This document shows positions 11,501 to 23,874 of a stretch of 64,000 nt of DNA, in pieces. Below the pieces are notes generated by a model. It saw only the letters and a program-made list of their open reading frames with translations. It searched no databases and had not been told where the DNA came from. Positions within the stretch are counted from its first letter, which is position 1; each line of letters begins with the position of its first letter. Source of the DNA: Diadema antillarum (Eukaryota); NCBI RefSeq assembly GCF_040938485.1, contig NW_027272096.1, positions 248,001 through 312,000 of the forward strand. Reading direction: 5' to 3'. The position numbers were made by a program, and so were the translations under genes.

Positions 11501-14500
11501 AAGACTTCACTTTAAACACTAGTTTCGAAATCACCTATACTTTAACGTCATATTTTTACCAATAATTAGACGATACACATCACCAGGGGCCCGTTGCAAA
11601 AAAAAAAAAAGTTACAATTATGGTAACTTTGCCATCCAATAGTAACTTCCATGGAATTCTTGATTTTGATTGGTTGGTGAGTACTGTTGCCATGGTAGTT
11701 ACCATTGGATGGCAAAGTTACCATAATTGTAACTTTTATGCAACGGGCCCCAGGACTTGTCAGAATATGTAGTCCTATGCATTACGAAAGCATGTACAGA
11801 TACTGTTCAACCTTTTTGCTTTCAGCGGATCACACATTTGGTTGACATGAAATCTGCATTAGCCATTAACGATCAAGCATTCGTTCATAGTCTTCACGGT
11901 ACATTCTCCTCTTGCATCACAAACTTTCTTTTATTTGGTCACCAACTTCAACTGGACCTTTCGCATTTTTGTCCCCCCCCCCCCCCCCCCAGCGTGTGAT
12001 ATTACAGAGGAAGCCACCAGCTGCGAGACAACATCAGGATGCAGAACTCACGTCTGTCATTACATCAAGCAACAGAGCTTGTGTATTCTTAAAAGCCTCT
12101 CCGAGGATTCTCCGTGCTGCGAGTGCAAAAAGGGTGAAACCCTGCATAACGGCACCCGCTGCGTACCCATAATGGAATGTCCTTGCCTCGATGCCAGTGG
12201 CGAAAGACGTGAGGTAAGCACAGAATTATGAATGTTTGTAAACCGCGGAATACCTTTCCACGCGCACAGATACCAGCGAGCTTCGGATCTGCGACGCGCA
12301 AGATAAGCTAGAGACGACACTAGTAGGCTATAAAAGGTGTTCTGCACACGCGCAAGACAGCCGTTTTCATTGTTCAACCGTCGTCGAAGCGTTCGCGTCG
12401 GAGATTTTTAGCGTGCTTCTGTCGTAGTTGACCAGAGAGTGGATTATGACAAATAATCATTTAATTGTTTCTGTGTTTTATATTTCTACATGACGTCTGT
12501 ACCAAACATATCTTTGACACTTGTAACTGAACATCTTGTTCCTATGAGATTTCAGCAAATGTGTTAAAATTAGCACAATATCATGTACAAATTTCTGGAG
12601 ACATACTTCTATCAATCCTCAGAAAAATTTGAATGGTATCATAAAAAAGGAAAATATCATTACTATTTTTACTTTTATTTTGCTATTACAGCAATGATGA
12701 TAATTGTGAATAGCGCTGAATTCATTGATACGTAGAACGGCAAAGTGATTTTTCCCAATGTCTTAACGCTTGTGTGGAACGTTCTTCGGAATTGTAGCTT
12801 CTTTATGAATTGGTATTATTTCATTCACAGGCCCACGAGCGCTGGTCAAATCCACTCAAAGAGTGCGAAACATGTCGGTGCTCATCGAACAGCATCGTCT
12901 GTTATCCCACAGCAAACTGTACGACGTCAACAACCACTCCAGGTATTGTTTTCTTCCCTCTCTCCCCCCCCCCTTTTTTTCTCTTTTTCTTACCTATACT
13001 TATCACTTTGACATCGTAAAACTAGATTATGCTGATGATAATCTTCATGATCTTGATTTTCCAATGAAAATTTGCCTCGGCGTAACTGGTAGCATTTTTT
13101 TTTGTCTTTAATTGCCTTTATATACACTGTACAATACTGTTTCAAAGGTACTGTTTACCATCGGGAGCAGTGGTTTTAAAAAAGATGCTCGAGATATCAC
13201 AGTTGATGCATATGTGTAGGTCAGTTGTATCACGAAACATCCAACCATATTGAAATTTTGCAATAAAGCCTAGAATATAAGGAGATATCATTTTTTCTAT
13301 CAATAAACCATAACTGTAGACGGTTTAGTCTACAGGTGTTTTTATTATAACTATCGTTCACATTTATCATATATAACAATACTTAACATTGATTATACTT
13401 ATTCAAATATTTACATTAGTTGTATCTATCCCTACCTCAAATTTTAGAACTATTTTGAAGCAATAAGACTGGGTTTTTGTTTCATCTGCATAATGATGGT
13501 TATGTTATTGCTGTTTTCTTTCTCACAGTCATTACCACGGCCGCACCGACTACAACACCACTTCTGCCTCCAGGTATGCTTCATTTCTATCACAAAGTGA
13601 TATCTGGAGAAGGTTAAAAAATCCATCGATTTTGTGATGGGGTACCCTGTCCCATAAAAGAAATACGTAAAAGAAATAAAGAAAGAAAGGTTCGCGCTCA
13701 TTAAGACCAAAATTGTGCCAAAAAAATGTGAATATCACATCGGTATTTGTCTTTATCTGCCCCCACCCTCCTTTCCGAGACAACAAAGAGTACTTTGAGT
13801 ACCGATACCATATCCGTATACTATGTACACTTACTTGTGTTATGTGAGTACAAACTCACTGGTATCGAAATTATCGGGGATTGCAATGTCGACCGATATT
13901 GACAAGTGCTAGAATATGAACTCACGCGTATTATTTGATATCATTCGGGAAAAAACCCCACACACAATGCAGAAGACTGCTATTCGGTTCTTGGCCTGGA
14001 AAATCACGTGCATGGTATCACCCTGAGTGCATCGACTAGTCAGACTCTGCGACCGGCGTCCATGGCTCGCCTCAACAACGCCTTCGCTGCCTGGGTGCCC
14101 ACTTCAGACGACACCAATGTCTGGTTGCAAGTCGATTTCTCCGTGCCCACTCGAGTGACCGGGATAGACACCCAGGGTTTCCACACCGAGTGGGTGAGCC
14201 GGTTCCATATCGAATACTTCAGGGACGAGGATGGGGACGTCGGCACTGCCGTCCTGAACGCACACGGGAGGCCGATGGTACGTTGGTATTTTCTTCTTCG
14301 TTTGTTTTTTTCTGAGAATATTGCCAAGAAAAACCGTTCATAATCATGCGCAGCAACAGACTTAAGCCAGCTTTCCTCCATCCAATTACATGAAGCAATA
14401 AATGCAACAACAACAACAAAAAAAGATTGTGTTGAAGATTAAAAAACAAAATAATGTCCTCAATATAATAATTCCCCCTTTCGTTTGTTCTATGTGTGCG

Positions 14501-17500
14501 AAATGTAAAAATACAATAAGCATACCAATGGGAATTTTTACTTTGCAGAGTGATATTGCCTTTGTTCAGAAGGGGATATTCTTTGATTAAAGAAGAAGCT
14601 ATTAAACATAATTTAAACATAATTAAACAAAAGTGTTAATATTCAAAATAGTTATTTATAGTTGTATATAAGCAGTAACTGCTTCTTCGTATGGGTGTAA
14701 GTACAAATCAGAAAAGAGACAGCTTTTAAATTTCTCTTTCATTTCAATTCCAATTACATTCTATTTCCAAAATCACATTTTTGTTGTTGATGCAAATTCA
14801 AGGAAAACAAAAACAATGTATTACAACAATATGTAAACATTCCGGTATATAATATATACAAATGATGAATTCCATTCGGTCTCATGTTTTTTTTTTTTTT
14901 CTGTAGAAATATTTTTGAGGTGTTCATGTTAATTTCAGAGGAATAACGATTTCAATAAATATGGACACTGGTGATACATAATGATAACGTCTTGAATTTC
15001 TGTCTTCAGCTCTTCAAGGCAAACAGTGATGGGGACAGTATTGTCAGCAACGTCATTCCAGACATGCCTTACGTCGACGCCATAAGAATCTTGCCCGTCG
15101 TCGACGCGCAGACGAACTGGATAGCCCTGAGGATAGAACTGCGTGGATGTCAAGGTGACTATTTATGTTAGGATTCTCTCCGTGTTTCAGACATGCTGCT
15201 CAGTAGGAGCTGCTCCAGTTCTTCGGCCCCGTTGCAAGAAAGTTGCAATCAATTGCAAATAATTGCTAATTTTGAAACAACCATTCTGATTGGCTCAGGG
15301 TCTGCCCTATTAAGAAGACATGCATGCAACAATGATTTTGATTGGCCAGGGACAATCATTTGCAAGTTGCGATTAAACGCAAAGTTTCTAGCAACGGGGC
15401 CCTGGTCTTTATAACGGTATCTTATAATAAATGCGATTTGAATCAGTGAGTTGGGTGGTATAGGTCCAAACCGAAGAAAAAAATGATCCTGACTGTTTTT
15501 CTTGTAATTTGGCTAGGATTCTATTCGGGGTTTTTTTTTCCAATGGCTCTTTTGCAAGTATACACTAAATAGACTAGAGGTCGCAACCTAAGGTTAGGAT
15601 TTTCTAACCCATTCATTTTGTAAGTGGTGGAGTGAAAACGGGGTTCTTTGTACTCACTTTGCTTTCCACGGAATGTACGACCTCCTCAATGCAGTCCTGC
15701 CAAGAATGTCAAGAATCAGGATTAAGATAATCACCTTCAAATGCAGGCCCAAGTGAAATTTTTTATAGGAGTAGATGCAAACATTTGGATAATGAGGGCA
15801 TATTTTCTTTTGCTGGAAATCACATCTCACTTCTCAATCACATCTCAATCATTTGTAAACTAAACTATGAAAAAGAGGGGAAACATTTCATATATTGTCT
15901 CGTTTACATCTGTGCAGAGGTTTCACATTACTAGCATTTATAAATATGTAACGTTTAACTTTGATAATGCAACTTTTGCTAGGCTGTAGCTCGGCACATA
16001 TTTTCATACTTACTGTCATGACTGTAGCCCCTCTGTCAGACTGTAATATTTCTCTTTGAGGAACATATCATTTCAATATTGCCATGGGAACTATCATCTG
16101 TTTGTTGTTTCTTGTGTTTGTGATGTAATGTATTTTGTTAGGCAGCTCACCCCAAGCTCTGTTTTTTTTAGGTCTACCTTCCTTGTACAGTCTTATGTAT
16201 GTGATATACAACATAAAAAGATGAGAAATAAAATATTTTACAAATTTGAACTAGAACTTGAACTTGAATTAAAAATGTTGGCCAATACCTGGCTTATTTC
16301 AATTTTCTTGGTCCTTGTTCACTAAAATTTCGACTTGGGTTAGTCCTCACTTTGTACGTATTTCCACACTAATTGGTAAATTATCTTCGCAATGTGAATA
16401 ATTCAGATAAAAAGGGAGAATTCTTTTGTAATAAAGGAAAATGGTAAAACATTTCATGATGCCCGATACTACAGCAATTACGTATCCTACTACAATGTAG
16501 TAGGCCTACGTCGAGGTATAGACGTGTTCAACGCATAGAAATGTGTGCCAGCTAGTACGCCTGTGTCTGTGCACGTTTCGTTTTGGATACATAGGTCTCC
16601 AAAAAGTTATCACTTAAAAAGAGTAGTAAGAGAAAAATACTCAAAACCATAAAAAATTATTTAAAAAATATGTATTTCCATAATGCACTCAAATGCTAAA
16701 GACAATCACACTGGCTACTGTCATGGCATACAATGATTAGCTAGCCAATCCTTCTGTTTCCTATGCAGAAAAGTATAACTCCTCCAAACAGATCATGCAA
16801 TCAATATTTTATATGTATTCTTGTTTTTGTCTTCCTTTCATTTCATCTGCAGAAATCATCTCAGTGCCTACTACCACTGGTAAGACTTTATTTGCATTTT
16901 TTATGGCAGAACACACCCACAGATTAAGACACGCAAAAGTGTTTCCACACAAATTAGCGCGTGCAACGCTAGCACAAGAACACAAACTCACACACAAACT
17001 CACACACAATGATCGCAAGAAAGCTGTATGACGATGTCTTCTGTTTTTCCGTTCTTCTAAGTGTGTCCCATTTCGATATAAATCACTGCAGTAACATTCA
17101 ACGTCAAAATACAAGAAACAGGGGAATAGTTAATTACTTCATCTTTATCTTGTAGTTGACAACACTTTTCCTTTCCTCTCGAACCATGCCAGTTACGTGA
17201 GAGATAGGAAAATAAAACTATAAGGAGGTGAAGAAATGAAGATATGTACAAGGATTGTGATGGTCATATTCGAATGACCCCCTTTTGAGACCGATGTTTC
17301 CCCTAGTCATGAGCTGCAAAACAACAACAGCATACAAACAAACAACAAACAAACCAAACTCATATGTCTCGAATAGCTATACAACGCCAAAAGGGCATTA
17401 ACTAGTGAATCAATCTTGTCCTCCCATTTTGAAAAAGGACCTCCCTCCACTCCACAAGTTACCACCCGTCCTGCCACCACGCCTCCAACAACAGAAGCAA

Positions 17501-20500
17501 CAACTTTCCAAGGTAAAGACCCTACTCGTTGGCCGGCCCTTTAGTGTTAGAGCCAATCGAAAAGATATTCTAACGTTGTACCGCCGAATAGTCACGAACT
17601 ATCCTCCGAAGATTTTCCAGTGTTAGCAGATGTGCACATTCCTTAATATTTGATATCGAATATGAGATGATATCGAATATGAGATGATAAGGAGTCAAAG
17701 ACAAGGATTTCGAATAATTCGTGCAGTGGATAAGATTTGCTAGCAGTAGAAGTTCTTTGTGGTGTATAATTTCCTTTTTATCTCGGCACCGCGAAAGAGA
17801 AAATCTTGTAGTCCAGTGTGATAAGATGAGGATGTTTCCAGTCTCCCCGGATTTATTCTCGTTGGATAAAGCCATAGTGAAGCGCCATCAATATAAGAAT
17901 GGGATATGAGATTCTCATAGTATTTCCTTTCTAAAACTATACCAGTAAAGGTGAATAGAGATTATGCAGTTTTGTGCACGTTCATGCCGATTTGCGTTAT
18001 CGCCTTTCCAGAAACTACCGAACCTGCTAGGACAACCACAACTATTTCATCTACCACAACACGAGGTAAGAGAGCTTAGATATCATTGCGTTATAAAGTT
18101 TAAATTGTTTCTGATTCAATCCTTGCTAAACAAATTGCTCGAAAAACACACGATTCGATAACGCACACAGACACACACACAAACGAAAATAATATGGACT
18201 AATCAAAAAGGAAATGTCTTGCGAGATAATAGATTACTGATATGAAACAGTAAAGAGCGTACAATTCTACGAGACATTTAAAGTTTATCGCAATATGAGG
18301 AAAATTGGTTTTGAATGTCTTAGATATCCACAGAGGTCCTAATGAAAGGTGGATCCCACAGTTTACTGGGACTTTGTTTTACTTCGTACTTGAATATTTT
18401 CTCCAAAAATTGATACATTTTGAATTCCTCTTAGAAAAGCATATTTTTCATATGTCTTGAGAGGTTGGTCATTATCTCGCAAAACAAGTTGCAATCTGAA
18501 TCTTCTATCTCAGAAATATACCTTCCCTTTAAAAGGCTATGTATCTGCCAAATCTCGCTCCATGACAGGTGTATGCGAGGAGCCAATGTTCGAGCTTGGT
18601 GTACTTGTGTCGACTAATGGCGATCAAGAGAGCAATATCTTCCAAGTATCCGGCGTACCAGCAGCATACGATCCCGCGAATCCACCCGCTGTCAGCTCCC
18701 TGAACACCGCCTACTTTCAGTTCACCAAACCCGTCACAGTGCGGCGAGTGCTTATTGGTCAGGCGGACGGGGGCGACGCGCCGGAGTCTCTCCTGATCCG
18801 ATTGCTCAATCCCGCCACGAACTCTTTCTTCGTCGATGCCAATAACTCGCCCATCGCGGCAGAGCCCATAGCAGTGGTTGGAGGATCAATCGAACTTCCC
18901 GAAACTCTGTTTCCTGTCAGTTCGCTGACGTTGGCAGTCGTCCAGGCAAGCCGGACACCACTCAGCTTGACAGCCGACTTCCTTGGATGCGAAAAGGAAG
19001 GTTAGCTCTCTATCATGTTTATTAATGTGTGGCGCTCGGGATCTTGTTTTAAATCTCTCCATACGAGTACACTTGTCACGCTTCTGGTTCTGGTTTTAAA
19101 CACCAAGTGACTTTATTGAAACGCAATTTCACTCTTCACTTATACAAGTGATGAAGTCGCAGAGCAGAATGAAGAGGACAACCTGCCTCCTCTATTGTTT
19201 CTATTTTAATAGTTGGGTTCTTGTTTTGGGGATCGGAATCACTGACTTCTTATAGATCTTAAAAGAGAGGGGGTGGCGTTGTTTATTGTCAAAATTGATG
19301 CTGATAGATAACCTTGACCATCTCCTTTAACTCTTTTTTTTTGCCACGTTCGCAAGCCCGAATCAGTCGACGGCGTGCCAAGTATATTCTACTCAAACGC
19401 ACAATCCTGCCCAAGCCGATTGATAAATCGACAAAATCCACAGTACAATGAAAGAGTTTCTCGCGATTGTATTCCTGTTACATACACCTTGAATTTTTTA
19501 ATGTGGTGACTGACCATCAAGCGGTGTTGTTCCCAACTTAATTCAGAGGTAAATTCTTAGTTTCAGTCAAGTTACATACTAGATTTCAAAGACATGTTTC
19601 CCCAAAACATGACTCTGACAATGCTGTCTCAGAAAGATAATGACGCACAGGGAGTTTTCACGATAGTTGTATATAAAAGAGTTAAACTTGATGATGTACG
19701 AGAAGTTATTGCGTTGATTTCTGTATTTCAGAGAGAGAGAGAGAGGTAGCAATTACAATTGAAAACACTCACTTTGGTGATTTCCTCTTTATTGTGTATA
19801 GTAACGACCGTCGAAACGACTACTGTGACAAGGACATCTGCGACGACGTCCGAGACAGAACCAACGACGAGGACAGAGATCGTGGTCACAACGACCAAGA
19901 CAACTACCGGTCCCGGCACTGTTACAAAAGTGACGACGTCATCGACCACAAGCATTGAAGGTGAGTTTGCAAGAAGTTGCTCCTAGCGTACCGCGTGAAA
20001 CGTACCAATTCTAGATTGACATTGTAGTGCTTTGTGTACATGTTCAAGTCGCTGTGATTGATAATACCTTGTATCTGCCATTGAGCAATATCACTGCTTA
20101 ATAACAATGAATTTCTCCGAGTGCATGTCGGACAAAATCGTGATGCAGTGTGTAAGTTAGACTGATGATTAATGTGATATCAGTTGTGGTCCTTGAGCAG
20201 AGAAAACAATACTCCGGAAACCCAAAACAAATTGCAATGAACAAGGTAGCAGTTTTACATAGGAATGCACGAATAGAGGCTCATATATTTCAGAAATGTA
20301 GCACTGCAATTCCATTACAATACCGCTTGCTTTAACGAGGTCACCTGTGCACAATTTATGCATGCTTTCTTATTTTATTTTGTTCTGCTACCATGAGCCC
20401 CCTTTCAAGCATTCTTATTGTGAAGCTGCTATGTCATCATAATGATTTGTTATAACTTCGAAAGCTTTCCTATTTCGTACCAAATCACTATAAAATCTGA

Positions 20501-22850
20501 AACTCTGTACCAAGTATAACCAATTTATAGTTGTTCCAATGTTCAAGTCTGAGTTTCCCTTCAAGAATGGCTATGTGTGACTTATTTGCAGGGGAATGCA
20601 GAGACGACATGGATGATTTGAATGTCGTGAGCTCGATCAATAACGTACCACGAGAGGAGGTGGATACCCTGACATTTAGTGGTATTCCTGAATCCTACGA
20701 CAACACTCAGCCACTTGTGCCGTCCATCGCCAACTCCTTCACCGTCATATTCAACAGGCCGGTAATCGTCAACGTGCTGCCAGTCGCAGCTGACTCGGGA
20801 AGCGTGCCACAGTTCGACGTCATCGTGCGGGAGGAAGACGGAACGCCATTCACTGACGTCAACGGAACGCCTCTGGCTTCGCAACAGATTCCGTTGGTGA
20901 ACGGCGAGCTCAACCTGCCTGACACGCTGCCACCTGTGACGGGGCTCCTCGTCATCGTCGTTGCGTCAGACCAGCCAACGTTTAACGTCAATGCCGGTTT
21001 CCTTGGCTGTGTACCAGGTAATATTATCGCCGTTCACACCCATTTTACGATAGCCCATCTCTGTAACATATGCATCCGACTGAGCCGTACGATACTGGAA
21101 ATTGATTCGTTAGTGATTACTTTAACTTGACGCATGTTCATTTATTGTTTGTACTATTTCCTGCACCCATTCGTGAATACCATGAGAAAATCTAAGTTGA
21201 TTTTGTGGGAGGGGGGGGGGCGTGATTTAAAGAACAGCAGAGAGAGTGTTTTTGTTTTTGTTTTTGTTTTTATCAGTTATCATTTTCTACAAGGATTAAG
21301 GTGCTTATTTGCACTGGCTTTAGATTTACGATATATAATACGAATATACTGGCAATGTATCAAAGCAGATCGTACTAAAATATTATGTTCACTTCTGCTC
21401 ATCAGTATAGTCCATGGGTCTGTTGCTTTAATTCGTCCACATAACAGAGCACACGACTCTTCCAACCGAACCTCGGCAGACAACCACCAGCCTTCCACCA
21501 ACCACCCACATTCCTTCTTCGACGCCAACGTTACCAATCGTCACCACGAAAATACCAGAAATTTCAACCGTGCGCACAACAGAATTGCCAACGTCAAGAG
21601 TTGCCACTACTCTCCCCACAACAGTGCCTGTACAAGAGACAACTGCTTTTGCCAGAACGACAACAGCGGCTCAACCTACAACAGTCTCGGCAACCACAAC
21701 CGTACCACTTTCCACAACTTTGCCGAAATCAACAGTCATCACGACTCTGCACCAGACCTCCAAACTTCCAGAGGTCACGACCTCCAAACTTCCTGAGATC
21801 ACGACCTCCATACATCCAGAGGTCACGACCACGAAACTTCCTGAGGTGACGACATCGGTCCCCGAAACAAAAACACAGATACCCCATTCAACCGTCACTC
21901 TCCCGCTCAGTACGGCAACGATTCCCCGGGTATCTACATCACACATTCTCGAGAAAACGACTCTCCCAGTATCCACAACCGAACTCCTTAAAACTACATC
22001 TCTGCCGGAATCCACCACCGCTCTACCCAAAACCACGAGTCTCCTAAAGTCTACAACCGCTATCCTCGAGACAACAAGTCCTGTGGAAACGACCAGCCTT
22101 TTCTCAACAAAAACTGTTCTTCCAACCGCACCAACCACCACTCCGACATTTAAGCCGGTGACAAGTGAACGAACGCCGGCTGTTACTTCTCAACTCGCCA
22201 CAACTCTGTTGTCTTCAATTTTGACGAGAACGACATCCGCCCCTTCAGTAACTACAAGGCCAGCGGAACCTACTACAACGACAATTGCAGAAATTACAAC
22301 AAAAGGTGAGGGAAAGAAATTGTGACGAAGATCATAACAATAATAATAATGATAATAATAATTGCATTTATATGGCGCTTCATACTGACGTTTCTAAGCG
22401 CACGATCATATGAACCGTGGCCAATTGTCACGCGAACATATTTTTTTTCCATAAGTTTTGTCATTTTGATTAAAGAATTATTGATTTCCCTCGAATGGAA
22501 TAACGTATGAGTTACTGTGGTTCCATCAATATTCACGTTTAAAGGATTTGTAATTTGAAGTCCAATCCTACCATTGCCTGTTCCAAAAAATGGTAGGGGA
22601 AGATAAAGTATAGGGAAAACGGTGACAGTTATCTAGAGATACAAAACAAGAAATGGAAAAGGTGTTTGCTGATGTGCCAATTGTGATGCCGAAAATATGA
22701 CTATGACCGAATTGGTCAATGATATAATTTTTTAGAGTCAAAATTCTTCAGGGTTTTTTTTTCTTCAAGAAACCAGGATGGAAGTAATTCTTTACAGACA
22801 TGTGATAAATTCGACGAGTAAGACATGCTTGCACATATATATTCAGTTTG

Positions 22851-22883
<33 letters not shown>

Positions 22884-22900
22884 ACGCTTACAAACACACA

Positions 22901-22934
<34 letters not shown>

Positions 22935-23843
22935 TATTCCATCCTGGTTTAACGAAATTATTTTGCCGCTAGAAAATTATAATATTTATGTCAGTTATCA
23001 ATTATTGAATCTCTGTATCTCTGTATCACTCTTATTTGTTCCATCTTCTTGTCGTTACTGTTATTTTGGACTTACATTGTCCTAATGTTATTTTTTATTA
23101 GGATTGTTATTATTATGATTATGATGATGATTATTATTATAATCATTATCATTATTATAATCATTACCATTGTTGTCACTATTATCATTATCATTATTAT
23201 AATCATTACCATTGTTGTCACTATTATCATTATCATTACTAATCTATTTCAGGTCAATGTGAGGATCCAATGACCAGTCTCGGAGTCGAAGTAAATATAG
23301 GTACAAGAAGGTCGAGCTTCGATGTCAGCGAGGTACCTGAGACATATGACTCGACAGCGTCGTTTTCTTTCGCGAGTCCAAACGTCGCGGTCGTCGAGTT
23401 TTCTGAATCTGTCATCGTACGACGAGTGGTCATAACATCCGCATCGGAGCCACCACAGTCGTTGTCGGCCGTCCGTTTCCTTGTGAGGGATACGACTTTC
23501 AATCCATTCGTTGATGCCGACAATAACCAAGTTGCTGTAGAGCCGATATCCCTTGAGGGTGATCGACTGGAACTTCCATCCAGTTTACCAGCGCTAAGAG
23601 ACCTCGTGTTGATTGTTGCTCAGGCTGACGAGTCCGCATTGTCCTTGAATGCGGAATTCTTCGGATGTATAGAAGAAGGTAAAATTGTCTTATTATACAG
23701 AGAAATCAATTCTTTCGGTTCATACTTTCTCTAAAAGAAACTGACAATGTTCTCTGTTGAAACAATGCAAGGGAAAATGAGTATTATGCTACTCTTACAT
23801 GCAGAAATGCTTCAAAAGACATCGCACAATTCATACGATGCAG

Positions 23844-23874
<31 letters not shown>

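Noticed and set aside
13142-13345. Further AAAGG-type MITE fragments (also near 5627 and 10270)
   Set aside because: Only one terminus is recognisable in each, so boundaries cannot be supported.
19074-19326. Possible reverse-strand solo LTR (TGTCAC start, TTTATT on + strand) interrupted by the TTAA element
   Set aside because: No matching far end or TSD could be found.
23049-23273. Poly-Ile hydrophobic ORF resembling a membrane protein
   Set aside because: It is a translation of an (ATT/ATC)n intronic repeat.
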